Positions 46,939-59,700 of a stretch of 64,000 nt of DNA are shown in pieces (the stretch's first letter is position 1; the number at the start of each line of letters is the position of its first letter). The DNA lies in assembly GCA_001949185.1 (NCBI GenBank), contig BDGG01000004.1:3045267-3109266 (forward strand), in the 5' to 3' direction. Source of the stretch: Ramazzottius varieornatus. Lineage: Eukaryota; Animalia; Tardigrada. The notes under the pieces were generated by a model. That model was not told the origin of the DNA, made no database searches, and saw only the letters and a program-made list of their open reading frames with translations. Position numbers and translations under genes: made by a program.

Positions 46939-49392
46939 TCAAACAAGAATCTCGAAAGGACAGGACCGAACTGAAGAGACCAATGACATGGCATCATTGT
47001 GATATTCGGTATTCGCTGTTCGGAGGTCTGCAGAGTTAGCGATCCGTCGCTGCTCGCACTCCAGCTCTTCGTAGGGTGATAACGGCGGAAATGGAGAGGC
47101 CGAATCAATCATGAAGATGGAATCATCCTGTGACCGGTACAGCGTTCGGTCACTCGCCGCGCGATCCGCCAAGGTATGCGCGGAAGTCCAGCCTAGGAAT
47201 GAAGACATCTTGCTGAACAGCGACAGGCGCTTGTCCCGAAATCTCTTGAGAGAACAGCAACAGATAACAAGAACAAATGTTAACGAAACTATAGTGGCTG
47301 TTAGTGCGCAAGCTATTGCAGTAATGATCCAGGACTTCGAGGAACCTGCTGTCATATCCACAGTAGGAGCAAGCCGACCATAGTGAGACAGGTCAAATGC
47401 GGAGCCCATCGAGTGACCAAACTGATGGACAGGGAATTGTCTTGTCAGATTTCGGGTTCTCCATCCTTCGGTGGCATGAAACAACCTGGTAGTGGTACTT
47501 CCGGGTCTGGGTTGTTGAGATGCGCGCAGGACCTTCGGGTTCACGGAGAGTAGTTTACGGTCCTTGAGGGCCCCGGGACCTGAACAGCTCAGCTCCTGTG
47601 CCCTTTGGAACCGACTTGGATGTGTCTGGACCATTTCGATTAGCCACCGACTTTCGGTCGAGCAATCAATATTATTTTGAGTCATTTTTATTCGGTTGAG
47701 ACGGGAGAAGAGTGGCCGCAGTTGGAAATTTACGAAGGACAGTCCGCAGTTTCTGATGTTGAGCGAGTGGAGGTGCGGGAGAAGGAAGGTTGTGTTGGAT
47801 GGGGAAGCGGTCAGTTCGCGGAGGAGTTGCTCCGCAAGTGCAGGACTCCCAGAAGTGTCAAGGGCGGTTAAATGCGGAAGAAAGCTTAACATCTCTTGAG
47901 AATTAACTGATAACGTGTCCACTCGACTCATCTCCAGTTGTTTCAACATAGATGAGGCGGCAAAGACGGCACTGTTGATAATCCTCAAAGGATTCAACGA
48001 GAGATCGAGCTTGGAGAGGGAGTTGTCCGTTGGGAATAGGCTTGTATTTAACATGTCCAAACGGTTGGCTCTCAGATCCAGCAAGTTCAAATGGGGCATA
48101 TCACAAAAGGCACATGATTCTATCACCGAGATTTGATTCCGTTGTAACCGTATTTCCTCCACATCAAATAGTTGACCAAAATCACTTCTGCGTAGTGACC
48201 TGATCAAGTTTTGGTCGAGATACAATCCCTTTAATTTACTGGGAAGACCTTTGGGAAAAGTCCGCACAAAATTGTTCTGCATCCATAAATGCTGTAACGA
48301 GCCTAAGACGCCCAAAGCGCCGTCTTCCATATGATGAATGTTGCAGTCATCCAGCGTCAATACGGCTAGTTTGAGATACCGCTCGAAGCACTTCCGGGTC
48401 AGTGAAGTGAAGTTGTTCCCGCTTAAGCGGATGTCTCGAATCGTTGCGGGGAGGTTCTGTGGAATGGTCGACATTTTACAGTGGCTGAGATCACAGTACT
48501 GCAAATTGTGTAATTCGCTCAGTTTCAGCTCTTGCAAGACGGACTCTGTGGTTGGATTGAAGGCAATGTTAAGATGTACCAGATTTAACCCGGTTAAAGC
48601 GTCGGGCTGAATTTCTCCTATGGAATTCTGGTCCAGATTCAAATGCTGCAAAGATAGTAATCCTTTGAAGAGGCCGTTTGGAATTCTGGAGATGAGATTG
48701 TGCGACATGTCCAGCTCTATTAGGGAAGATAGCGGAGCGAATGCAGCGATATCAAGTGAAGCGATCGCGTTGTAGCTGCAGTCAAGCAGAAGGAGTCGAC
48801 TTAATCCAATAAATGTCCAATTTGTGAGGGCCTCTAATTTATTGTGATCAAGAGAAAGTCTGGTCAGCCTGGTTAGCGACGAGAATACAGGGTTCTTGAT
48901 AGAATTGATGTTGTTCCTCGGGAGTCTTAGTTCACGCAGACCACTCCAGCCTGATGGTGCATCTATCAACTCGATCAAACCACTCTGCTGTTTCCAGTCA
49001 TTTCGTCTGAAGTTCTGCATACGTATGCTGGAAGCGTTCAGGGAAAGGAGGGCGTAAGGAAACTCAAAAAGATGCTGACCATTGCAATCCAATAGCGTGT
49101 TTTCTGTCTTGTCAGTCATTGATGGGCAGACGACACAGTATTCCGGACATGTCACTTCCGACGTGGAACTCACGCTTCTGTTGACAGCGATCACATTTGC
49201 ATTTAGAGCTCCTTCGTTGTGATGCATCGATGATGATGATGAAGGCATAGTTCCATTCTCCGCGAACCGTGTAGAACTTGTTATGAGGACCTCGTCCGTG
49301 TCCGGTACTCCATTTTCGCAAGACCCACAACCGACCAACAGCATGAATATCCACAGACGGGAACCAAATACAACAGAAAGGAACATCCTCAT
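46939..49392 (-). CDS. Intronless leucine-rich-repeat type I transmembrane protein
   Basis: Single ORF with a signal peptide (MRMFLSVVFG...LLVGC), an LRR-NT cap (CPEYCVVC...DC), many LxxLxLxxNxI repeats, an LRR-CT cap (NNIDC...W...LSCSGP), a TM segment (WIITAIACALTATIVSLTFVLVICCC) and a ~100-aa cytoplasmic tail without a TIR or kinase domain. Confidence 0.9.
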   Translation of the reverse strand: MRMFLSVVFGSRLWIFMLLVGCGSCENGVPDTDEVLITSSTRFAENGTMPSSSSSMHHNEGALNANVIAVNRSVSSTSEVTCPEYCVVCPSMTDKTENTLLDCNGQHLFEFPYALLSLNASSIRMQNFRRNDWKQQSGLIELIDAPSGWSGLRELRLPRNNINSIKNPVFSSLTRLTRLSLDHNKLEALTNWTFIGLSRLLLLDCSYNAIASLDIAAFAPLSSLIELDMSHNLISRIPNGLFKGLLSLQHLNLDQNSIGEIQPDALTGLNLVHLNIAFNPTTESVLQELKLSELHNLQYCDLSHCKMSTIPQNLPATIRDIRLSGNNFTSLTRKCFERYLKLAVLTLDDCNIHHMEDGALGVLGSLQHLWMQNNFVRTFPKGLPSKLKGLYLDQNLIRSLRRSDFGQLFDVEEIRLQRNQISVIESCAFCDMPHLNLLDLRANRLDMLNTSLFPTDNSLSKLDLSLNPLRIINSAVFAASSMLKQLEMSRVDTLSVNSQEMLSFLPHLTALDTSGSPALAEQLLRELTASPSNTTFLLPHLHSLNIRNCGLSFVNFQLRPLFSRLNRIKMTQNNIDCSTESRWLIEMVQTHPSRFQRAQELSCSGPGALKDRKLLSVNPKVLRASQQPRPGSTTTRLFHATEGWRTRNLTRQFPVHQFGHSMGSAFDLSHYGRLAPTVDMTAGSSKSWIITAIACALTATIVSLTFVLVICCCSLKRFRDKRLSLFSKMSSFLGWTSAHTLADRAASDRTLYRSQDDSIFMIDSASPFPPLSPYEELECEQRRIANSADLRTANTEYHNDAMSLVSSVRSCPFEILV

Positions 49393-50420
49393 CGTTTTCC
49401 TGTTGCTGATGGTCGAGCTACTGCCGCAGTGAACTACAGAACACGGAATTTTCACCAAAAGAATGAAATAGAAAATTTTTCACAAAACTGCCTCTCGTAC
49501 CAGAAACCAGAATATTGGTCACTAAAAAAATGTTTGCGATAAAAAGCAGAGACCAGCACATACCTTTTACTTCTTTGTCCGTAAAAAACCCGTGTTGAAT
49601 CACTCTACGTGAGCGCAAAAATAGTCAGTAACAATCCATAGTAGTCCAGACATCCGTAACCAGTCTCAGAGCCAAAATTTGATGAGAATTATAATTCCGG
49701 GCTTGATTAGGAGGTGAAAGGGAAGTTATAGGTCCATAGTAAAAGTCACTCTGAGTAAAGAGGCAAAGCGGCGGTACTTTGAGATAAGGAACCTGGTCAG
49801 TGTAGAAAGTCAGATCGAAACTACGCTGCCTCACCCTATACGCGGGAATACAGTGACTTCCTTGTTGGCTTGCTCAAGGATGAACCCTGTGTACGCACTC
49901 CATTCCAGCCAAAGTATCCAGATTGAGGAGTTTACATAAGGGCGGTTTCGATGGCATTGCCAATCCAATCAATAGAATGCTCACCCGCCAAGTAATTTGT
50001 CAAGACGTTACGATCTCTCTGGATAGCGACTGGACCGACTCGTTCCACAGACATGGGTACAGTATGCAGTATGCCTTTCCGGAACAATACGTAATGAAGG
50101 CTGTTCCGCTTCCGGATTCACTTGCACTTGTCCAATACATCAGCCTCACATTTGTCAGTTTCCCAAGCGATTCCACTCAAATTTTCGCTTGAGTGTATCC
50201 ATTACAAGAATGGAGAATCTCCCTTTAATTATCCTCGCGAAATCCCCTGACAACTGACGCATCGGAAAGTCCTTCCAAAACACTGTGACTGATCTCAATC
50301 AAAGCGTACATGAAATAGGCTGAATAAACACTCGACTTCTACCCGGATTTTTGAAAAACAAACAGGAAAAAAAAGGGATTATTCTGATATTCGATACAGT
50401 TCGAAGACAATCTTACACGA

Positions 50421-53400
50421 CTACACCAGTCCGCGATATCTGTGGAACTTCTGGTGGTCCTCCACGAGTGTCTTGTAGATTTCCCGTAACTCCACGCCTA
50501 TTGCAGCAGCTCCCATACTTCTCGAATGACTGTCGATTATGTCCATAAGGCGGTACAGACCAGCGAGAATGTGTTCCTAAACAAAGGTTACATTAGGGTA
50601 CACAAAGCTGATGATTGATATAACACTGCAAAAAGACCCTAAAGACTTGCAATAGATAAAAAAAACCTTAGCTTCCGGATACAAGGTTCCATGTTGCACT
50701 TCCTGGCAGTAAGCAGCAACGATGTAGACTACCAGCTTGGAGAATACTTTTTGATGTTTTGCGAAGATTCCCAGTAACCTAATACGAAAAACACTATGAC
50801 TTTAGGGTTCCCCAAACAAGAACAGAATATTTTCCAGAAGAAAGAACTGACGAACCTTTCAACGAAGCTAGCATTGCGAACCATCATGCTTTTCCTGTTG
50901 ACTGTCAAAGCTGGGTTCGTTGACCCTTCGGACTCCTGCCGTGCTCGCTGAAGGACCGCTGTTAGCCACTTTGACGTAGCCCTGATGATCAACGGTGTGG
51001 TCATTGGCGAAATCAATCGAGGATTGGCAATGATGTCGAACAACAGAGCAGAACATTTCTCGAACAATGCGGTAAACTCTGCATCGGTCAGCGTCTTCCG
51101 ATGCAGACTTTCGTAAAGTGGAGCGCCAAGAGAAATCTTGACCACTTCCGGGTTGGGCTAGAACGACTCAAAATAAATATTCAAAATCTACTTTCACCAT
51201 TTTCCAGTCTGTAAATTTTGAGAATGGAATTTCTTGCTGCGAAAAATTACAAAAATGTGAATGTACACAAACGTTTTTCGCGTACTTGATTTCTGACGAG
51301 GGTTCTCAACAACGTCAATGTGTCCAAGAGGACTTTGTAATCGGAGGACGTCAGTATCAAAGCCAGTCGTTCGCTCATTTCCCTTTGCAGAGGAGCCAGT
51401 TCTTTTGACAATGCCGGAAGATGGCATTTTTCAATCACAATCAATAGCTTGTAGAACAGAAGTTCCACACCAACATCGACTTGACCATCCGATCTTTCCA
51501 GGATCATCGTCCGCATCGCTGTAGACAACAGCGGGGCCAGCTTGTGTGGCTTCACATGTGGCGCGAACAATCCGAAAAGTTCTCTCACGACATCCGCACA
51601 CTCCGTCAAGTGCGAGTTCACAGTGGACACTTTCACTTCCGGTTCCTTCTCGGTTTCAACCTTCAGCTTTTCAGACATCGACAGTAGGACTCGAAATAAA
51701 GCTTTATCGTCTAGCTCCATCAGCTCTTTCTCCCTATCATCTTCGTTCTGCACTAACGGTATTCCTTCATCTGCGTCTTCTGTTGCTACCGAAGACGAAC
51801 TTCGGAAGAGCTTCAGGATCTTCTTGAACATCTTAACACTGTGTTTGCTGTGTATCCTCGTCACGAGCGCCACATGACTCAGCGCTAACTTCAAGTCCGT
51901 ACCCGACTTCAAGTTTGCCGCATACGCCAGACATTCCGTGGCAGTGTCCAACGGCATCAACTCTTTCAAGGTACCCATTCGATCCGACGTGCTCTTGACG
52001 CTGTTTCGTTCAAACTTTGTCAGTGCGGAACGAAGACTTTGATTGACCACAAGAGCTGTGTGTATGAGTACTTCACTGCTCGTCTCCCCAGCGGGATTCT
52101 GCCATTTTGTAAGGCAGGTAGAAAGGAACTTCTGATAGAGCTCCGCCAACCGGAAGAGGACTTCCAGTCCCAACTTGACGGCGCCAGGTCGATCCATCCG
52201 GTTGAGAACGACATCGAGCATGGAAGCGAGAGTACTGGCCGCAGTCTGAGGATCCGTAGATGAGCCCATTTGGTCCATCATCAACCTGCCAAAAACAAAA
52301 ACCAGTCAGACAACATACCAGCAAAGCTAATGAAATATCGAGAGTTGATTTTGGTACCTGCATTCTTCGATTCCTTCCGGCAGTCTGACAATCTTGACCA
52401 TCAGCTGGGTTCTCTGGAAAGCCAGCATCTCGAGCAGTTCTGTCCCACCATCAACAACTCCAGTGGAAGCCATCACCGCCCTAATCTTCGGAACAAGGTT
52501 CATGAAGTCCGTCAGGGTGTTCGACCAGTACTTCACAGAAGTCGAAGGCACAGACATGATCAGGGTACCGAACTTCAGCTGGAATTCACCGAAATTCAGT
52601 CTCTGTCCGGGAGAGTTGGTCCAGGAAACCGGAGACTCCAAGACGTATTCGAACGACTTCCATACCAGCGACAAGGAGAATTGAACAGTACCGTCTTCAG
52701 TTACAGCGAACCCCGCTTGTTCCAAGAGACCCAGTGCTGTCATGATTTCAACAGCGTTCGTAACATTGGCTCTCACTTTCGTGAACTTTTTCGAACCTTT
52801 CGACTGGCCGTTCATCTCTAAGGCGTTGTGAAGAGTCTTTTCCAAAGCTTGCACAACTGCTGAATGAAGTGGTGGACAATCTGCAATCACTCCGGAGGAG
52901 AAGAACTTTTCAGAGATCCGACGGATCGAGTGCCGACCAGAAAGGTCCATTTCTCTTGGGTTCTTGACCAACGAACGGATCAGCACATCAGCGAACCTTT
53001 CAGCGTTCTGCTCTAACACCTTCTCTGGCAAGAACGCCATGTTTTCACAGACCAAGTGCCACAGTGCAACGTGCTCGTTGCTGTCGTTGACGGAGAACGG
53101 AGAATCGCTCCAGAAACTATTCGTCGGAAGGTTTTCGAAGACAGACCAGGGGAAAGGAAACGATCGGCTGGGCGAACTTCCGCTTGCTAAAACTGTCTGT
53201 TGCAGTAAGAACAGTTTCGTCTTCCAGTATGCGGCTGGAGTAGTGGAGAAGCTGTCCAGCGCCCTCACTCCGGCCTGCAAGTCGAAAATAGCATCGTGCA
53301 CTGGTAGCTCATATCTGCCTTGAACTATCAGAGGAAAGCTGGACCAGGCGTGAAGAACGACCGCGTAGCAGTATGCAACTTCCGGGTCTTGGGTTTGAAG

Positions 53401-54961
53401 TACTGATGCCATGAGTGGACGTATCAACTGTTCTTTCATCTCCATGTATAGCTTACAGATGTTCTGGAGAATTTCCTGCCGTGTCGTTGTTCTTACTCGT
53501 AGGTTTGTCATCGCTGTCCACAAGATCTGCAAGAAAAACAAAGGGCTAAGAACCGATTCCCGAATTCAAATCACTGAATTAGGTATTCCCGGTTCCGGAA
53601 TTTAAGTAAGTCGGGCGATGGTTCAAGCTCTAAAGTCGCAATTTTTCAGAATAGTTCATTCGAGTTTTCGTCGAATCAGCAATCAACCGAAGACCAGGTT
53701 TGAATCTGATTTCACAAAGAACACTCAGACAGTTTTTGGACAAAAAATATATTAGTCCTCCTCACGACAGGCCGTAAAACTCCGTTGATTGTGTTGATCT
53801 TGAAAGTGGATTAAAAAGTTTCGCTTTCAAGATAAGCAGCCCTCGAGTAGCTTATTCTGAAAGCGAAAACGGATTATTCTCTGCACACTTGACTCAAATT
53901 TCAAATTTTCATTTCTCAGCTGATCTCTGTCTGCACAGTGCTTCACGTTGCGAGATATCGTTTCACGTATGGCCTTCTTAATACCTATTAGTGTCGGGGA
54001 TATCGACAGACAGAGACTAGCCAGAGAGAAACCATGAATTTCAGCCTAGTCAGGAGGCAAAGTTTGCCTACAAACCCACCCCGCAAAACTCGCGCATTTC
54101 CGCTCCCGTTTCCGAGGCTTTCGAAAAACGCAATTTTACCTCACTCACGACTAATTTCCGTTGATCAGGCAAACTCAAATTTTAAATCAACCGTTTGCGA
54201 CATGAACAGCTCGTCGTGAGGCGGACTACAGTATTCTTTCATCTTTCCTTATAACTATACGGAAAGGCAGCGCACTATACCGACTGCACGGTCTCGCTCT
54301 GAGTGGCCAGCACATCTGACGTCAAGCACATGTTTCCCATAGCGCGCGCATGCTTTCTTCTGGTGCGCAGTGTACGCTCCGCCCCCATTTCAGAAAAAGA
54401 CTGAAAGACTGGGACTGCCTTTTCGTATAGCTATATCTTTCTTTCTGACAAGTCTAGCTTCCGGAAAGAGATTGTTCATGCGAAAAAAAAATGTCTTATA
54501 CGACGTGGATGTCCTACCTGAGCCACGGCTGCCATCCCATGCGAAATCCCGTTCGACGGAATTACAGCTACGTATTCCTTCATGTGGACAACCAGTATAC
54601 CAACGATCAAGGCCATCTGCTGCTCGGTGGTCTCCAGAAAAACCGAAGAAAGGTGATCGAGAAAGGTGAGTCGAGCAAGTACGTGCGCTGGAAGATCCCC
54701 GGAAGTGGACAGCGCTTCGATGTATTTGGAAATCAAACGGTGAAGTTGATGGACGTTGCTGTAACTGTGTACCATCTTCTCTATAATTTGACTGCGCTCT
54801 TTCTCCGTCCATGTAGTATCCCCGTCGTTTCTCCATAGTCTTGACCAGATTCCTTGGCAATGTGCATCCAGAACGGTGTGACCATACAATAGAACTTCCG
54901 TCGCAGAATCATCCACCGGCTTCCCGTGGCTTGCTTCCGGTCTGGCCTTCGACAGCGTCAT
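50421..54961 (-). CDS. URB2: URB2/Npa2-like ribosome biogenesis protein (multi-exon)
   Basis: Long helical ORFs 54476-54961, 52327-53541, 51247-52284 and 50729-51145 joined by GT-AG introns. The last exon, GLYRLMDIID...LREIYKTLVEDHQKFHRYRGLV*, resembles the Urb2 C-terminal domain. The start position is uncertain. Confidence 0.68.
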
Positions 54962-55125
54962 TCTTGATTAACCCGATCCTTCACACCCTAGAAAACACAA
55001 AATCTAAGCCCTGTTCTAGAGAAGAACGAAGTGGAAAAGGTTGGGTGGAGCTGGATTCACGCAAAAATGTTGATAAACGATGCAAAATTTTGATCTCAAC
55101 CACGATTCACCAATAGAATAACTTA

Positions 55126-55250
55126 CTGTAACGCTTCATGAACTTCGCGAAGTACGTCATCATACACGTACAGTTGAACCCCGGGCCGAAAATTTCGCCC
55201 TACCAACCCCCTAAGGGATGTTTGGCGCGTAAGTTCATGAAGCATTACAG
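55126..55250. mobile_element. 125-bp MITE with 20-bp TIRs and TA flanks (family C)
   Basis: TA|CTGTAACGCTTCATGAACTT ... AAGTTCATGAAGCATTACAG|TA (1 mismatch in 20). Confidence 0.78.
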
Positions 55251-56786
55251 TATAAGTTATAACTGCATGGCTTGCGCAATCTCAGATTTCCTGGTCATGA
55301 GGCGCACTACGTCATCGTAAGCGTCATCTGGCCGTTTGCTGACTGCTCGGTGTACTGTCTGACGTTAAGGCTGGCCGCCCGTTTTTGTTCGTTGTTCGGT
55401 TGATTGCCGCATGTTGATTGGTGCTCTGCATCTTGTAGATTTGTCCAGGTGGCGCCTGCCGCTTCGTTCGCGTCGAACCGTTCTCGGTCATCCGGATATG
55501 CAGTTCTCCACAAGAAGACGAATACCTCACATCTCGAAAGGACAAAGTCAGGACAAGCCTGAGAAATGAAATCATCATTGCGTGCGGTTCTTCGGGGATT
55601 TACTTCGAACGCTCGTACAAGACGAAAGATCCGGTGAAGCGATGCCTTGTCTGGAACGTGTCAAACTTTGGCTCCCTAGAGCTCCCCAGTCAAACGATAG
55701 AAATCATTTGCCAGTGTTCTAGTACGGCGATCTCGAGCAGTAGGTCGTGACTTCAAAGTGTAAACACCGTAGGATGTGGTCTTTGAAATCCCCTCTCAGA
55801 GCTAGAGAGATGCTCTCTATACGAAGCAGTCTGTAGGAAAGAGTACGTCGCGACTGTTGCGGTGACGATGGAAGTGTAATGGCGAGTCTCAAGATATCTG
55901 GATGAGTTTAAGCAGCAGCGACTTTCGCCGTATGCTTCCCTCTTAAGTTAAGGCAGCTGACAGTTAGACCGATTGATAAACACCATCATACACAGAAGAT
56001 CCTAAAATTACGTCCGACCGACTCTGTACTGTATACACGAGGAGTACTTTGCGCGTTCCATGGCACATATGAACATATCAGGGACCTGTAAGCCATTTTC
56101 ATGATCCATCATCATTCACAAATCGGCAAAATGTTGACTTTTTGGTACTGGAGCTAGAAAAAGAGCGACCGTCACTCGGCAGGGGCAGTATCCGGTATGG
56201 AGCGGGGCAGCCATCGCGGTTTCATCTTGATTGCATTCCCAGAGGAAGCTATCACGCCTTCGTAATCGGCGTCGTTTTCTGCCAAGGATTTTTGTTTCTA
56301 ATCGATTAGTCCTTCCTGTGCCATAGGCTAAGGAGAAACCTTCTCAGCATCGCGGGCAGCAAACTCGAGGAAGCCTCTTGAGTTTCATTAATACGTCTTT
56401 TTTTCCATGATCCAGTATCGGGATATCTCGGAGATTTGTACGAGTTATACCGAGGAGCTCTCCAGTTGCGGCTATAGCAATAGCTACGGCAAGCTGCCAG
56501 TCTTTATTTGCATTCAGTGACCCATTGTGTACTGATGTCTTTCCGCGCACTGACTTCTTCCCAACGATACTTCCGGTGCCTTGGCTGGCCCGTCTTCATC
56601 CATTAATCTCCCATCATGTTTCAAGTTTAGTGACTTCATCGTTTTCGCGTTTTCACCTCTCGAGGGGAAATTTCTTTCCGGCTGGGATCATCCACCCGGT
56701 CATAAACTGTGGTTGCTGATGGCCATCGCTGCGATATCCATCTCGCGCCAGATTTCTCTTCCAACTATAATTTCCTTTCTGGCTGT

Positions 56787-59700
56787 ATGATTATGCAGAT
56801 TCCCGGATCTCTCCTTCGTGAAACTGTTCTCGCGCTCTGGCTCGTTAATGCCTTGGCCTTTGTTACCTTGTCGATGAAGACCGACGGGGGACCGTCACCC
56901 ACTGCGCAAGCACTAGCCGGCGACCGCGGTAAGCTCCGAAGGGACCGTGACGTCCCCCGTGCATGCGTGTTGCCTCTAATTTCGCACGTATGACGGAGAC
57001 GTTTGGAGTCTTGTTAATTTCCCATGGTGTCGGAGGAGTTAGGCGTCAAGAAGGCATTGGTGGTTCAACTGAAAACTGAAGTTTTTGTTCAGGTGTATTG
57101 TCGAGTTGGGATGTTTATCTATAAGTGACGTTTTCGGGGTTCTTCGCGGTATCGGAATTGAAAATTAACGTCCTTCGAAAAGCAGTGCAATTTGAGAGGG
57201 GAAATGATAAATGTGAAGTATGCGTATTTATAGCCTCCGGACGAAAGATTGTGATTGAGAAATGCGTGACAGAGAAAATCAACTACCGAGAGTACACACG
57301 CAATGCGCAATTTTGCGGAGCTATCCGCAGTATTTTCGTCGATGTGTCATTGGCATTTCGTATATGATTTCAAGAACCTGCTGGACATCAGCTATAGTTG
57401 GATTGGAAGTCGTCATTTCAAGGCTTAACTGCGGCGCAATATTTGTCAGTAATCCATTTCAAATTATGGCAGACAGCTGGAGATCTGCAGAAATTTATGT
57501 TGGATAGTGGGAGAGATGCTCGCAGAAGGCGCCTGCGGATGAGCAAGAATAAACAGACATAACAACGGCTGGACATTGAGTAGCTGTTGACAGACATTGG
57601 CAGTAAGCCCTTCCGTATCATCCCTGCATGTTCAGTCGACGCACTCTGGCGCGAAACACTTATGATCCTACACTGATTAAGCCCCTTTAACCGTAATTAT
57701 AATCATCACACTCTCTCGCCTTCGTGAACCCTTCAAAAAGGTAAATTTGTTCGAGATCACAGGACGGCGAATACTATAAACCGGTGTTTTCGTGCAGAGA
57801 CAGGAAACCAAGCGTGTGTTGTGGATAAACATAAATACTGCCCGAATTAATGATGCTGCTTCCGGCAACGATTATCTGTCAGTCGGTGGTGTCAGAAATA
57901 CAGTAAAATACACAGCGAGCTTAATACTATTTGCTCGAATATAATTTTTCAAAAACGTTGCATCTGGAAATACTATTTTCGATCTTCAAAAATCAAGGAA
58001 AAATGTAATTATCAATATCAAATTTGCGATGAACCTTTTTAGGATCTGTTTAATATTATGATAATACGGAAGTGTGTCTCATTGACTTCCACTTCACGAG
58101 ATAACGTCATCATTTTCTGTCTTTTGTGGAATATAATCTACTCAAAATGATAGTCAAGTACTCTGTGTGTAAAGAGAGAACGAGGTTGACACCGAGTTGC
58201 AAAGTCTTGACATAACAATCGTGAGGAACCCGGGCAAACATTGCGCGAGCAAAGCACGATCGAGGTCGTCGTTGATCTCGTCATTTTGTGTGATGTGGAT
58301 GTGCTCCAGTTAGGAAGACAGTTCAATGCTTTACATTGCACCCTCCACGAACCAAAGCACGCTGGCTAATTAGTTTAAGCGATGTTTCACTGCGGGATCT
58401 TGCTGATCACTTGGTGTCAAACCATGACTTGGGCCCTTCATTTCTCAAATATTTTCCAACCGTCAGATTTGCGCTCACTTTTCTCCTTACGAGTTTCCCA
58501 CTATGTCTTCTTTCTAATTGTATCGAAGTGCGTAATGGATATGCCGATATATACCCGAAAACTTCTCGGTCCCACGTGCACTATGACTGCGCCGGTTCTT
58601 TGTAAAGCTAGGCGATCCACATATAATTAATGATTCTATGTATAAACTTAAAACCAAATCCATGAAAACGCCGGTCGTTAAGCTTCAAATCAAAAAACCG
58701 AAGCGGTGCGATAACCGTCACTAATCTGTGCAATTTGTTTACTTATGGTGAAGATGAGGTCTTTATCATCGTAATGGGGACTGAACAGTTCTTCGATCGC
58801 ACTGAAGCCACTGTCTTTGTGTGACTGTGCGTAGGGTGTTTCTGGTGTTCCCGTTTCCGCCGACATAGGCGAGTATGTGTGTGAGTTTCTCCTGAGGACT
58901 CTTGGAATGCGAACAAGGAAGCGTTATTTCATGGTGGTATGTTTTTACAGTGGATTTCTGGACGTTGTCGGAGACCGGCTGTCCCTGTCTGTTCAACCGA
59001 AGTGATCTTGGCTGTGCGTGCTGTGATCCAGGTATATCGAGACCAGACCGAATTCTGTTGATTCAGTTGCCGGAGCTACTCAGAGGACTGTTGAGTTTCT
59101 GCAGTGGTCCGAAGAACTTTGGTTGTCATTAACCTCATTAGCTTTATGGTTCACAGATTTAGGATGTGGCTGCCACGGATCTCTTCGTAATCGATGCACT
59201 CAATGCGGGCTGGAAATGTTTTGTGGAAAAAGTAAGAGCTGTTGGCTGACTTGTAAAGTGCTTTTTAGACACTTACCCGAAATGTAGATCACTATGCAAG
59301 CGTCTCATTTGCTTCTTAAACGTTTCGACAAAAGCTCAAAGTGATCCATATGTACTAATCATTCAACCGAATTTGCGGTCCCTCTTTCGTTATTGGTTTC
59401 TTCCGCCCATTCGAAGTCCCCCAGGCATTGTTCCTGTAAGATCGCAAATAACACTGAAACCACAAACATGCCGTCTTTCCCAATCTCCATTGATGGTTTT
59501 GCTAGTAGCTGTTGAAGCTTCATACACTGCTAGTGCCTCAAGTTCAACATTAGGGTATCCTCTCACGTGCGAGTTGTCGGTTCTCTGCAATCTTGTTTCT
59601 CTATCAGCGGCCCTAGTTTGTCCAAAATTTTGAAAACTGTGCCACCGCTTAGAGCTTTAAATAATGCATTGAAATTAATCAAATGGCATTTGTCTCGAGA

